A stretch of 64,000 nucleotides of DNA from Phoronis australis (GCA_002633005.1 NMRA01000099.1:425468-489467); one strand, 5' to 3'; shown: positions 13,177 through 26,883, numbered from the stretch's first letter. Notes: generated from the letters alone by a model not told the origin. Made by a program: numbers and translations.

Positions 13177-13591
13177 CCGGGGATTTCCGTAGATAAGCCC
13201 ACTCTTTCAATTATTCGGAAAATTATGCCTAATTATTTGTCTTCCAACTTCTGTTGTCAAATGACCAGATAGTGGGCGAGTTTATTTGGAAAATTTCCTC
13301 CTAAAAGCCCACTATGCGTCAACTTTTAGTCACAAATTCAGTTTTGTGGAGCATTTATCAATTTTAAAAACGAACAAAGTGCTGGCAAACTATGCATATA
13401 TTAACATAAAATTTAAAAACGATACAAATTTTTAAGTAAAAAATGTCAGTCAGGAAACCTATGACTTTCCGTTTACACGCACTCCTCTTTTCCAAATGAA
13501 CACCCGGATGTTTATTTGGTGTAACTAAGACGTCTAAAATTTTTCATTTTCCGAAAACACGCCCACGGGCTTATCTATGGAAATTCTGCGG
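13177..13591. mobile_element. MITE (Tc1/mariner-pogo-like, TA flanks), copy 1
   Basis: ta|CCGGGGATTTCCGTAGATAAGCCC ... GGGCTTATCTATGGAAATTCTGCGG|ta; homologous along its length to 15663-16095. Confidence 0.85.
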
Positions 13592-15399
13592 TAACAAAAT
13601 CCAGCTCTTGTTGCATAACTTGATGACTTCCTCTGCTAAGTACGACAGGCCACATCACGTTCTTTAACTTTCAAGCTCCTCAAATGTCTAATTGCATCGC
13701 ATATACATGTCTAAGTGTTATTTTTAAAATTGTCTCTTTCAATAATTCGGGAAATATAACACATTCAATGCCACTGGCAGGGCAAGATAAATTAGCAAAC
13801 CTGCGTTTAAGATCAGTAAGCATTCATCTGAAGTATTTTTGCCATAATTTAGTACTGAATGGCATCCCAGGATGGCAAGTTTCATATTTCAATAGGCCCT
13901 GTATAGTCTACCTGTTTGTGTCCCCAGTAGATTACAAATTACATCGAAGCCAGTTCTGTTAATCTCTGTGAAATATTCATGGCACTCATAGCTCAGATTA
14001 AATGAATTTACGGGATTGACAAATATACACAATGTAGGGTCTGAAAGGAGAGAATTTGACACCTTCTCCCAAGAATGCAGGAACAGGTGCCAATGTTTTT
14101 GCCTCTATTTTAAGGTTGTGGGTTTGTCTACACGTCCATACAACTATTTCTAGTTGTTTGTGGTGGCAGATGAGGTATTAGGTTATAAGGTAATACCTGT
14201 TTTTCAAGTGCATGTCATGTACCTCCAAGAGTCCCGGGGTTGTCATGGTAACTGATTTTCAAGTGTGAGTGATATAGGTCATGTACATACCGCATGACAT
14301 CAAAGTTGTTGAAATAGAAGGTGCACCAGTAAATAGGAAAATGACCCATTGCGTATCAAGAAATCACGGCAATTTGCCCCCAAGGACGGAGGCTACCCTG
14401 GTATCTCCTAAACCACTGGCCTGTGTGGTGCCGTACTCTACCCGCTTTCTCTCAACCCTAATGTGATGTCAAACAAAACATGGTTTGAATGGTTAACTTC
14501 CCACCTTACGACTTGTTGGCTGTAACGTGACCATTGGATCCATGGACTGGTACTTAACTATTTTGTTCAAGGTTGGAGCTTATACCAAATTTTAGAAATA
14601 TGCAATATGGACAGCCCTTAATTCATAAATTATGATCAACCACAAACCATCTTTCACCCGTATTACAAGCTATGGAGATATTTTATTTCTGAAATTTTAT
14701 GGTCTGCAAATTCATTTCCAGACTCTGTTGATACAAAATGCAGTGTCCCATATTTGGGAAATACAACGAATGCCAAAAGTGTCCATTTCCCAATCTTCAA
14801 AGTTCACACTCAAGAAAACTCAATTTCAGCTTGAATTTCGGTGTCCCAAATTTTACAGAATTTCCCAAACTAGAGATTTTTAACCATACTCCAGCCAAAA
14901 GCCTGGAGACAAGTAAGCTATCCACTTCCTGACATACCGCAGTGCCCCCTATTTTACCCACAATGCAGTATGTCAGCACTGCTCTCAACCCACAGTAATA
15001 CACTGTTGCTGTGCTAATCACTATTTTGCATTGAGAATAACTTTAAGAATTTAAGAAATGGTAAGTGAGCTCATAGTAGGCACTACCAATTGATCACTGA
15101 TTTCAAGTAAGGGTATTCAAACTGACCAGTAATATGGCACAGATGAAACCATGAACACTACTCCCAATATCTTAAATACCATGTTGCACAACAGAATTTC
15201 GTAATTTGCAAAGCAATCAGACTGAAATTCATCATTAACTTGATATTTAACATTCTGTCAAAAATTCGTCTTCAATTTCGTTAAAAACTCGTCATCATTT
15301 CCCTTTCTTTCGTCAACAGGCAATTTGGAATCATCACTTCTGTTAAAGGCATGCACTCAAACACTTCATAACACTGTGACATGGCAGAAGGGCACTTAC

Positions 15400-15561
15400 T
15401 TTGCATTTTCCACGAGATAATCGATGATTTTATCCAGGACTTTTTCAAACAATGCCACACGTATCCACAAGTACTTGATATTCGGCTGCAGAGTCTGTAG
15501 CTTCTTGGGCTGCTGGTTCCTGTTATTGTCCAGAGACAGAGACACCTGAGAGATCTGCTTC
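15400..15561 (-). CDS. SGSM1: SGSM1/2-like gene, exon 5 (RKQISQV...KYLWIRVALFEKVLDKIIDYLVENA)
   Basis: ctttatag|G...GCAAA|gtaagt; 162 nt, phase 2 to 2. Contains the RUN motif WIRxALFEKVLDKI. Confidence 0.95.
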
Positions 15562-15662
15562 CTATAAAGAGTCAGAACACGCTCCACTGTAACACTATGT
15601 AGCTATAATCCTCTCCACACCGCTAACCACAGTTAGTAACACAACAATATAGAATCTCAAAA

Positions 15663-16095
15663 CCGGGGTTTTCCGTAGATAAGCCCACCTGATGAAACAC
15701 CCATGGCTGTTTATTCGGAAAATTATGCTAAATACATGCCTATGGGCATTTATTTGGTGTTACAACAGGTGGTGTCAAGTGTCCAGACAGTGGGACGTGT
15801 ATTTGGAAATGTTCCTCTTAAAAGCCCACTCAGCGTCAACTTTTTGTAACAAATTCAGTTCTGTGGAGCATTTAACATTTATAAAAATGAACAAGGCATT
15901 GGCGAACTATGAATTTATTAACAAAAAAACTTAGTTTTAAGTTAAACATTGTCAAGTCAAGCAAAACTATGGTTTTCCGTTTACACGCACCTCTTTCCAA
16001 ATGAACGCCCGGATGTTTATTTGGTGTTGCTAAAACGCCTGAAAATTTTCATTTTCCGAATACACGGCCATCGGCTTATCTATGGAAATTCCCGG
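15663..16095. mobile_element. MITE (same family), copy 2, same orientation
   Basis: CCGGGGTTTTCCGTAGATAAGCCC ... GGCTTATCTATGGAAATTCCCGG|ta; internal blocks shared with copy 1 (ttattcggaaaattatgc, aaaagcccact, ccgtttacacgcac). Confidence 0.85.
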
Positions 16096-16257
16096 TAGCA
16101 CATAAGCCACAATGACCACACCATGTCGTTTTCTAACATTCACAGTACAGCCCATTGAGTTTGTAACTGAGGAGTTCCAAAAATAGGGATGCGCTTATAC
16201 CCGCTTGTGATCTTATCAGACATTAATGTATAAACCCATAAGCTTGTATTATGCTTT

Positions 16258-16323
16258 TGGACGGATTCGAACCTTGAACCTTCATGTTCGCAACTAAACT
16301 CTATGCTAATGAGCTAAATCGCT
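16258..16323 (-). mobile_element. tRNA-like SINE head (degenerate)
   Basis: Minus strand has an A-box-like tagctcattagcatagag and a B box ggttcgaatcc; no intact cloverleaf. Confidence 0.5.
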
Positions 16324-17639
16324 TTTGATAAAAAATGACAATTGTATTTAAAGCGTACTTTACTGGTAAAGTCACCAGCCCTATTTCAGCGAATCTTTGG
16401 CAAACAAAGGCGAAAATTGGTGATTTGTAATAAAATCACAAAAGGTTTTATTGTTCTATAGCTCTGGTCAAAGCTAACAACTTCAAAAAGTCTATCCCAT
16501 CCAAGAATAACCTCAAATACGCATCATTCAGCTGTAAAAATGATGTCACTTCATTATATTATCATTAACTACACGATCAACACAAGTCAAATTTTTTATT
16601 AAGTCTTTGAGGAGTCTTAACTGTTCTCAGATGGCGGTTCATAACAGAACTCTCTCAAACTTATTCAAAATGAATAAAAATTCTAATATACAAAAAAGAA
16701 TTGTTGAGTATGGTCTGTTGCTGGCAGCAGTTGTGCGTGAGGCGTTGTGATCCACAATAGCAACCCGCTGTGTTTAAAATCATGCAGTCATGCATTTTTG
16801 TAGCTTTTAAAAATCATTAGAAACCCTTGGCTGAAATTGATGCAGGTGAGCAGACGTTTGTAGAAGGGCGTGGCATTCAAAATGAGTCGGAGCGTAGACT
16901 ACAACCAACTACGCTTTCTTGGTTGAACATGTAATAGCAAATTGTGCTATGATATTTCAATGAATGGCTCAGACTATAGAAGCAGTTGAGGTTACTTCGA
17001 ACATCTCCAGAAAGAAGCATGGCACACCACGCACAACATACTTGAGCAAGGCCAACCTATGGAAAATCATTCAAAATCATCATCAGTGCTGAATAACTTT
17101 TATGCCAATTTGTTGGTCCATTAACAAAATTCAATGATAGCACTGAACGAGAATTCCAAGAATAGAGTCGGCAACAGTGGAGGTTATGCCACACCTCCCC
17201 GGAGACGAACAGAGCACTACACACCATGTGCGTGACGGCAAACTCTGGAAAATCAATACTACTATTTAGTGCGAAAAACAGGATTTTCGACACAGGTCAA
17301 TGAAAGGCAGAATTGGCCATTAAACGCATACGCACAAAATGATGGAAATTATGCAGTCACATACAGGTTAAGGAGGGAGTGAACTCTATCTTACTTCCAC
17401 AATATCAATTAACTCAGGGGAGAATCCTAAATTAATGAGCAGTTTTTATAACACCAGAGGCGATATTGCTACTTAAGAGATGATACATCTTCAAGAATCT
17501 ATCAAAAGTTTGAATCATCTACGTGGATCATTGCACTTAATAACGGATACCTGGGCTCAGATTCTAATCTCTGAACCCTAACTTGACTGGGACTCAACAA
17601 TTGCCATGCAATTGGTCAATTTTTGACTCAAGTTTCGAG

Positions 17640-18700
17640 TGACTTTTATTGTCGTTGCTAAATGCACAAAGGTCAAGGTAAACAAAACAATCTGGCGATG
17701 TAATTGCACTATAGCTTTTACTTGCAAAGCAAATTTAATGAGGTTGGTGATCTCCAGGCATTATCCAGTGTTACCATGGCAACCATCCCACGCAGTCAGT
17801 TCAATAACAAAGCTTGGTCTTCTTCTATGGAAGCAGCAGTGAACTCACTAGATTAATTAACAGGAGACTACTTCGGGACAGTGTTAGTTGAAAGAAGTTC
17901 CAACTAGTGTAGAACTACAATAAAATCTGACGAAATCAAAGTAACAATTACTGAAAATGCAGTCACACAGAGGAAAATAGCGCAAAAAATCTTCTAAAGA
18001 CTAAAGCTGTTTTTAACACTGACGGCAAGCCAGCAAAGTTTATCATAAGTTCTGTACCAGCGCAGCAAATCATTACGACAGAGCTAAGTTAATATGTCGA
18101 AACTCCAGCTGGACAATTGGGGCTTATGCCATTAGAAACACTGGTAGGTACATTTCTTCAACTTGGGAGAGTACATTGCAATCTCAGGTATTACCTCGCA
18201 TGGGTATTTTGATAACACAGTTTTGTCTCAACTGGATATTTTACCTCTCAGTTATCGTCTCGGATGTGTACTTTGGCTTTGTGGTATCCTTTAACTAAGG
18301 CATCAAGTACACGCCCAGGTATACAGTGGGCATCGCTTAACTCCTGCAGAGAAACCATGGAGAACTTTCCCAGTGTGATCAAAAAGGCTCAAAAAATCTT
18401 CTTATTCTCGACAGGTCCGGCATGTCACAGTACTCTGATCTTACACAGGCACATCAATGGACACATGTGCAGCGCAGGCTACACAGAGAGTAATAACCAA
18501 CGTTGGAGTCTTGCCAGCCTTTTATAGGCAATGGATCAAGCTCCTGCACGGCACCATAACTACGGCATACAGTGCATGCCAACAAATGGAAAGTCTGTCC
18601 ATTTTCTCGAAAGAGACCGACAGACTCAAAAACTTCTTTTACAAAGAACCTGTTGATCGATAACAGGGCTCATATGAGTTTAAACTCAGGTGTTTCACGC
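17640..18700 (+). mobile_element. Heavily decayed Penelope-like reverse transcriptase relic (boundaries approximate)
   Basis: IKLLHGTITTAY...SIFSKETDRLKNFF resembles the post-RT thumb region of Penelope-like elements; many stops and frameshifts. Confidence 0.3.
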
Positions 18701-18906
18701 GATGGCCAAACCATGTGTCTTTCGCATGTTTGATGCACCTTTTTATATGCCCAAGTACTGTCTCAGCTTTCTAAATAAAAACTGCTTCAACTGGAACAGC
18801 ATAATTTACTGATGTTTCGGGTATGTTTTTCATCATTTGGTGCCATCTGGGGTATGCATTAACCCTATTCGCTCATGTATTGCATTGGTCTGGGTTTTGA
18901 ATGATT

Positions 18907-19158
18907 CTGGCACTCCTGTTATGTGGAAGAGAACCCCCGGGCACCAGCTGGCAGTGATTCCTGTTGTGTGGAAGAGAACCCGCGGGCACCAGCTGGCACT
19001 CCTGTTACGTGGAAGAGAACCCCCAGGCACCACCTGACAATCCTGATACGTGGAAAGGAACCCCCAGGCACCGGCTAGCACTCCTGTTATGTGGAACTAA
19101 GCCCGGGCTCTGGGTGGCACTCCTGTTACATGGAAGAGAACCCCGGGCACAGGCTGGC
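18907..19158. repeat. 41-bp minisatellite, about 6 diverged units
   Basis: Unit ctggcactcctgttaYgtggaagagaacccccRggcaccag, read directly. Confidence 0.92.
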
Positions 19159-21719
19159 AGAGAACTTTCCGTCCTCCTGGACGACAAACTGACTGAGTGT
19201 TTCACTAATTGTTCTATCAGCATTTGTAAATGAAGTATTTTAAGCAAGGAAAAGTCAGAGCGGAGGAATTTAAATCCCTATGCTATTTTAATAGACAATG
19301 AAAATGTCTAAGTACTAGACACGGTGCTTTGGTCAACGGTCTCGTAGTCAGTTGGCAATGCTGGTCAATGGTTTCGTGAAGTCAGTTGGCAGCACTTTGA
19401 GAACTCTCATTATCACAAGAGCATAACAAACTGAAGTGCTCAACTTTTAAAAACCAAATTTGGTCAACGATCACATAACTTCTCCACCTGAGGCCAGGTG
19501 AGCTGGGCAAGCTAGTAAGCAAAATATTGTAACTATGTAATTAAGATTTCACCTAAGCTGCAACTTTTTATAAATCCTGAAAGGATTAGGCAAAAACATC
19601 AAGAACACTGCGTGCGCAGATTACAATATGACATTGTTTTGAAAAGATACATTATCAAGTATCCGTGCAATGAGTACCCACATGACAGGACCTCATAACT
19701 CTTCGTGGACTTAATGAATTAACAAGCGCAGGACGTCATCATTTACCACAATTTATGTTCTCTAAGTTTTTGACTCGCTTGGAAGCCTGCCACCAAATTT
19801 GGAACAAAAATTGCGTGAAACATATCTGTTTAAGTCATCACGTATTCAGTAAACAAACCGCAACAATAACAAATTATTTGTAAAGTATAAAGACGCATGT
19901 ATACTAATTTGCAATCCTGGTGACAAGCAAGCAGCAGAATTCTTTCTGATGACAATCAATAAACCAGTCGTTTAATAACACAATACACATTTAACATCCT
20001 GTTTTAGAACAAGGCAAACAACACTTAAACAAGACTCATTGATTACACAAAGGTACTCCCTCTTCCCAGACGACCCTTAAGTTAGTTCTTAGACGCTGTC
20101 AGGCAATAATATATCATTGTCCTTAATCGATTATTAAATATGTCTCCATCATAACAAAACACATTTCATGGAATTGAACTGAGAATGACTAGGCAATAAG
20201 AAACGAGATATGTTGATTGCTCCAAATGTGTGGCCAGATTTGGGTTAAGTGACATGACGATTACTCATTTTTATAAACATTTTTTGTTTTGGCATTCTTC
20301 TTGATATGGCAGTGAATACGTCGATTTATGAGTCACAGACGCGAGATCTATAAAAGAAATGGCAATCTGTGCAAATGAAGCCAAAGTGACACGACACAGT
20401 GAGTGTTATCATTGACCGTTTATCATAATTATTCTGATAAAAATCACGATCAAAATGAGTATGATCATGATTAAGATTATGATATTTTTAACATTATGGC
20501 TGCAATTATTATTTACATTGCCCTCGTTAATACATACTGATCATCAACGATATAATAATCATCACTAATGCTACTAGTATTCTCAGTAATACCTAAATTA
20601 AGATTTTAATGATCGATAAACATAAAGTTTAACTAATAAATTACAGAAATTAAAGTTTGAGATTCACAAAAATCAATACTGCTATCTTCAATATAGCGGT
20701 AGTTGTTATTAAGTTATTTCGCCCAAGAATAATTATCAAAATTGTCAATATCCCAAAGGCTGATATGTTACCTTGCAGCAAACAAATGAAACCTAAACCA
20801 AATGTTTTTTCATATTATGACGTCTACACAGTACAAAGTAATCTAACAGGCTAATCTTGATTTCTGATGAGACACTTGTTTACGTTCATTTCACTTGTCC
20901 GTCATACTGCGAGCTAAATAGGGGCAGAATTACCATTCCTCAGGTTAATTAAATTTACACCTTCAACTAATGTTAAAAAACAAAATCAATAACTGCAGTC
21001 CAGGATGGAAATGCGGTGTTTTTAAAATACCCGGTAAGCCCTCCACTGCACTCTTTCCGTCTCTACAAAACATTGATGTTTGAGGCAAGCACTTTTCCTC
21101 AGCACATGTAGCCAACACCAACCAGTCAAGCGATGACATCTGATCAAGCCCCCTAGTGACATCGCTGCTCATAACTGACCCACGTCATTAATTTGTACCA
21201 CATGCAGATATGTACATGAAAATGAGTGCAATTATTTCAATGTCGCACAGTGGACACCGTTTTTTATGTGGCAATAATATTTTGGAAATGTCCGTGTTAG
21301 ATATCTGTAGAGTTTGGATTGTGAGACTGTAAGGTTACGCAGGACTTTGTGAGACCGTAAGGTTACGCAGGACATTGTTGACAAGTCTAGGCGTTGAACA
21401 CATACAAAATTATACATTTTAATTCATCGGTAAAACTACATATTTCCCGAAAACGGAAAGCCCGTAGAATTATTTTTTAACTTTTTGACAATCGGCCATT
21501 AATTGAGTTACGGAACCCCGTATGTTTACCAAAATTTAGCAAAAAAAGAAAGGCTCATTCATTGTAAAACAACAGTATCAATAACATGACCAAATTTTGG
21601 TTGATATTATTTGTTCCTGATGAAATCTTAACAAAGTAGTTACAGTTTTCTGAGTCATTCTTTTCCTTTTTCTTATGCAAAAATCAAAGAAACTCAATGC
21701 ACAAGTGGAAAATTTAAAA

Positions 21720-22040
21720 ACTTCAATTACCTAAGAATGTTTCGTAGAACAGTGCATAACGAATAGCATCTGAAACATTCACATGAGTTCAATCAACCAC
21801 TTCAGAGAAATCACATTCAGAAGTTAGCCAAATATGGGTCCTACAAACTTGTAGAGTCATCGGCTTTGATCTCAGCAAATGTCTGGCAGACAACAGAGAG
21901 AATTGGCAATTTATAATAAAACCTCAAGAGCAACAGACTTTGTTGTTTCATAGCTCTGGTCAAAGCTAAGACTTTTAGAAGTCTAGTATCCCTCCCAACA
22001 ATAATCCCCAAAATGTGGTTTCAGCTGTAAAACCGATAAC
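21720..22040. repeat. Two dispersed repeat families side by side
   Basis: The agaacagtgca...tttca block recurs near 24910-25010 and 59450-59550. The atagctctggtcaaagct block recurs near 16458 and 62026. Confidence 0.7.
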
Positions 22041-22196
22041 ATCCCTTAAATAGAAGACAGTGCAGTTTTAAACGTATAAATAGGCCTGCTGCGCTCCTTT
22101 TAGTTTTAATCAAGACCAACCATAGAGGATGTGTAACACTTAGGAAGAATCCAGTGTAATTCTCTCCTTGCCTCCATGAATCAGCCCTATAATTAC

Positions 22197-22365
22197 CTGA
22201 TAGGGTCATTGTTAATCTCAATATCATCCACAATCTTGGCTACTTGTTCCGCTGGCTCAAAGTTCTTAGCGACCTTCTGCAGTAGAGACAGTGTGGAGCT
22301 CGTGTTCTTGAACAAACCAAGGGCACGCTTCTTGAGACCAAGCTGCAGGCACTGCTCAACAGCTC
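22197..22365 (-). CDS. SGSM1: SGSM1/2-like gene, exon 4, RUN domain (GAVEQCLQLGLKKRALGLFK...DDIEINNDPI)
   Basis: ctcttag|GA...ATCAG|gtaatt; 169 nt, phase 1 to 2. Similar to the SGSM RUN domain segment AVEACVLHGLRRRAAGF...KVGKNFPPAE. Confidence 0.95.
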
Positions 22366-23694
22366 CTAAGAGTAATGAAAAAGACTGTGGTGTTAGAACA
22401 AAAGCTGTAGCTGTTTCGCAGCTTCCCGCAGTCGTTGGACCAATTGTCTGCAAAAAACTGTTGCAACACATTATACACAGGTATACACAGCACCTGACGA
22501 CAACTGTGACTACGGTGTCCTTGCAACGTCTGCAACAAGCTGAGAAAAAGCTGAATTTGTGACTCTTACTGCACAGATATGGACCTATTCTCGAGGTAAA
22601 TATCAGGTCATATATGGATCAAGGTAATTATGTTTCACCATTGATGCTTCTTTCCTTTGATGTCTCCATATCTTGTTAAAGTCCTTAAAATGAAATACAA
22701 AAAAACAGCCCAACCAGTCAAACAGCAGTCAAATTAGAATACCTGCAAACATTAATAGCTAATTAATTGATCTTGAGATACGAGTATTTATTGGTTGATG
22801 CATACTACGTAGAATCGGGACAACGAATCACAGCATTAGTCATCCTCCATTGTGTTTAGCGTGAAAAAACAAACAAATTTTTTTGCTCGTTTACCTTTGG
22901 TTTATGGCATCATAACGGTGAGGTGTTGCGTTTGTGGTGGTTGCTGTGACTCTTTTACGGCACTTTCCCGCGGGACATAATAGAAACGCAGATATGGCAC
23001 ACGTTTGTACAAGAATCTTGCGTGTTGGTGGGCACAACACAACACCTGGGGTCAGTTGAGCTCACCCTTTGGGGACAGCTTTGAGCTTTGTATGTGGCTG
23101 CTTTGCAAGTGAGTTTTGGTTCACTTGATTTTACTTGTGATCCTGTTGTTGGGTTTGGTAAACTCCTTGAGAATGATGAATTGAATTTTGTGGAAACGTT
23201 GTAAATACTGAATGTTAACAACAACCGTGCTGGGTTTTGTATGCGTTTCTTTTATTTTCTCGTCTTTAGAATATTGAATTCACGGTTGTGATAATATACA
23301 GTGTAATAAATGATGGTTTAATGATGCTGACAATCTGGCCATTTGTCAAATGAGGTATGCAGGATAGAACAGTGGAGGGATGTATGGATGGTGGGAGTGA
23401 TTGGATTGGCAGGGAGAATCGTTATACTGCATAACAGACAAGAAACTTGCGAAAAAATAAGATCACGCTGGCTCGGAACCTAACTACCGTACGTTAGAAA
23501 AAATGGCGGACACTAAATTGATTGGTTGGTGAGGTTGAAATATTAAATTACCAGGATATAATACACTGTTTTCGTTTCATAAATGAAGATTTCTTGCCAC
23601 AAGTATATTGCGAGTGTCATGCGTCTTGGGAACACAACCCAGCTCTTGCAAGAAAAGAAAGAAATGTGATGTCAGAACGGTCAAACCTACTCAC

Positions 23695-23770
23695 CGCACA
23701 GAAGCGTGATACTGCTGCTTTCTTCGTGAACAAACTTCCGAGTGACGGCCTCCTCCATGATCTGCTTGAC
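23695..23770 (-). CDS. SGSM1: SGSM1/2-like gene, exon 3 (VKQIMEEAVTRKFVHEESSSITLLC)
   Basis: atatag|GTC...TGCG|gtgagt; 76 nt. VKQIMEEAVTRKFVHE is the recalled SGSM1/SGSM2 signature. Confidence 0.96.
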
Positions 23771-26217
23771 CTATATTAAACAAAATCAATAGATTAACCA
23801 CAATAAATTAATAAAAGTGTAAAAGCAGAAACTACTCTCTGTGAACACATGACTCTACACTCTGTCACTCAGTCATCTACTCTATAGGATTTACTTAGCA
23901 ATGGAATGTTCACATGCCCCTTTTGGTCAACACTGCAACTTATGCAAAGCATAGATGGTTTCTCCATTCACGCAGTGACCATACTCACTGAATATTAAAA
24001 ATCTTTTTTAGCCAAGATGCAGTATACAACTGACCAGTACAAAAGTTTATGACACAATAATATGGCAGTCAACTGGAATTTTATTTTGTGAAAGTTTTCG
24101 GGAAAAATAACTTTCACTGAAAATTTTACTTATTTGTAAATATTTGCACAGCTGTTGCCAAAACATAGGGTAAATTCTAAGTACTTAAGCGACAATGTAA
24201 TTTATCTTTGAAAAGTAGAAAAAAGACAAATTAATTAATTATTTTGTCTCAACTTTGAGACTTTACATATTCTGTTCAATTGGATGTTGTAAAACACTCA
24301 TCTCAAAGATAAGCCAGTTTACACATGCATCACTTATGAATTACCACCTTCAGTTGGACAAAAACATTGACATGGAACAAACTGGTACTGTTAATTTGGC
24401 CACTTTTTGAGGTGGCGCTATGTGCCCCCTGTTGCTCCGTACCAACTACACTATTAAATGTAAACTTGCATCATTCCGTAGAATTGGTACACATGAGCAA
24501 ACCAGTTTACAATTCATCACGTCTGACTTGACACAACTTTCCAAAAGGATAACTATGAATTAATAGACATGAGTCACTTAGTGACACCAGTCAATTAGTT
24601 CGAACTAGATAAAAGTTTATGTTTAAATACAAAGAAGTGGTTTATAAGGTAAACTAGTCAACATAGGCAGATGTACCGAACCAGGGCCAAACACAAATTT
24701 TTTGGAGCCTGCAGAGGGAGTGGGGGAGGGGGCTGAAATGAGTGGCACCTTGGAGGTCAGTTTGCTAAGAACCCAAAATTGATGTAGGTGACGTGTCTAC
24801 ACCTGCCGCTACGGGTGATCAGGACAGGATTTTTTTTCACAAAATCATAAAACTTTAAGAGTCTTATTTTTGATAGCTTATCTTACAAAAATGGAAACTT
24901 TTAAAACAATTCCTAGAAGCACTTTGTAGAACAGTGCATAAAGAATGATATCTGAAATTTTCATAACAATCCGACCGGCCATTTCTGAGTCATGACGTTC
25001 CAAAGTTTGCTAAATTTGATCATTTTTCGAGGGTCCTCCATAACATTAGCCCATTATGCCTAAAACAGTACCAGAAGAGATGCCATACTTCCGGCCACCA
25101 AAGTTTCAATACAGTTGGAAAAAGGAACCTTTTGCAGATTTTTCGAATAACCAAGTGAACCAGTCCATAAGGAATTACATCGGAAAAGATCCCCTTTTGT
25201 AGGAAAACTAGCTATGAACAATCACTCTTCTGAGGGCTAGGTCTGGTATACCTCTATGTATGGTTTTCTTTTTTATTAACAGAGAAATCTGTTCTAGCAA
25301 ACACATTACTCAGTTCGTTTTCATTTTCTAAATTAGTAGTAAATTCTGCTTTGATATTTCTAACCATAATTAACATTAAAACATGCCGGGAAATGCCACA
25401 TACTCTGCAATGCATTTATAATGTAGTTTCGTTTCTAAGATAACTAATTGTTTCTCAAAACAATGCCACCTTCACAAAGAATGAACCATTATTTGAAAAA
25501 TGTGCTCTGTAAAAATTTCGTCCATCGATTTGAGGACAAAAAGCAAAATTAATAGAATCATGGTATCTCTACTAAAACATGTTAACTCCGTTCGAAAACT
25601 TCAATTCCATCAAAGAAGTCCTACACCGTCAATTCCGCCTGTTTTTCGTTATAATTGCATAAAATCAGGGTCTCTAGCTATGGAAGATCCCTTGGGTTCT
25701 TCTAAGCTTAACGCTGGACGAGCTTGGAGTATTTGAAAACAAGATTAAATTGACGAGATATGAATGTCTGCTTTAAGCACAACTGAAGGATTAGGGACAC
25801 CGCTTCAGATATTGATTTTCATCTTGGGAGAGATTTTGTGACTCTTGTAGCTACTAAGGCGTTAATAGCCCTGTTGTCATGGTTACAGTACAAAGAGTCA
25901 TACAGCATTTACTTGCACAAATGTTGTGCACAAATAAGAAAAATTAGCACTCACAGCAAACATCAGTTTTCATTTCAAGAAACGTAAAAAAAAGAAAAAG
26001 TCTCTTTTTAGCTAATAAACAGAAATATGATCCAAAATTGCCCAGTTATTACTACTGTCTATGACAAGCATTGTAATTTCACCAGAACAGAATTGCCGTC
26101 ATGTTTGTATCCTGGCCACCAATAGCTGTCATGTTGGAGTGCTGACTACCAATTGCTTTCATTAAGCAAGAAAGAATCCATGCTCATCACTTACATGTAC
26201 AAAGTTAGGGACAGTCT

Positions 26218-26417
26218 GGGATATACTGTAGCACTTAGTGCTGGGATATACTACAGCACTTAGTGCTAGGATATACTACAGCACTTAGTGCTGGGATATA
26301 CTACAGCACTTAGTGCTGGGATATACTGTAGCACTTAGTGCTGGGATATACTACAGCACTTAGTGCTGGGATATACTATAGCACTTAGTGCTGGGATATA
26401 CTATAGCACTTAGTGCT
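26218..26417. repeat. 25-bp minisatellite, 8 units, each with an internal inverted repeat
   Basis: Unit gggatatactRYagcacttagtgct x8; AGCAC-TTA-GTGCT can fold back. Confidence 0.97.
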
Positions 26418-26883
26418 GGGGCATCACATCACAATGTCAAGATGAAGCATTATCATCCTACCAGATGAGCAGGTAAAAACGAAGTGTCGTTCAAAAGTTG
26501 TATTTAGGTACAATTATCAATTTAAGTGTTCAGATTACATGTTTAACAGAAAACAGATTGTCAAAATTGTTGTTTTTCTATTTTTCAAAGGCTGTTTACA
26601 TCGCTGTAAATAACATAAACTTTACCAATGTTGCAGGGCCCTCACTCATTTGAAGAGAAAAGTGCCCGTGTCTTGTGAGGGGAATTTTTGGTTGATGGAA
26701 AAATTTCTCCTCTTTTCACCTCTAATTTATTCTACCGATCATCAACCCTCATGGGCAATGTCTTAAATAGACAAAACTAATGTTTTGCATACGCGATTCT
26801 AACCTGGAGGAGAATTTTAAATAATTGATGGATACTTCTTAGATCCGAGGGTAAGTTCCCGTGAATTTCAAATTTTTCTTAGG

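Noticed and set aside
16258-16323. Functional tRNA gene (also considered at about 26884, 28120-28190 and 39938)
   Set aside because: A/B boxes are present but acceptor and anticodon stems do not pair; better explained as SINE heads.
20963-21172. Extra SGSM exon in intron 4
   Set aside because: No similarity to SGSM as recalled, and exons 4 and 5 already join in phase.
22176-22562. 128-aa plus-strand ORF
   Set aside because: Antisense shadow of SGSM exon 4.
25500-25760. Penelope RT fragment (SLAMEDPLG resembles AMGSPLG)
   Set aside because: A single weak motif; not enough to call.
26218-26417. CRISPR-like array (25-bp palindromic repeats)
   Set aside because: Units are contiguous with no unique spacers, there are no cas genes, and the context is a spliceosomal intron.
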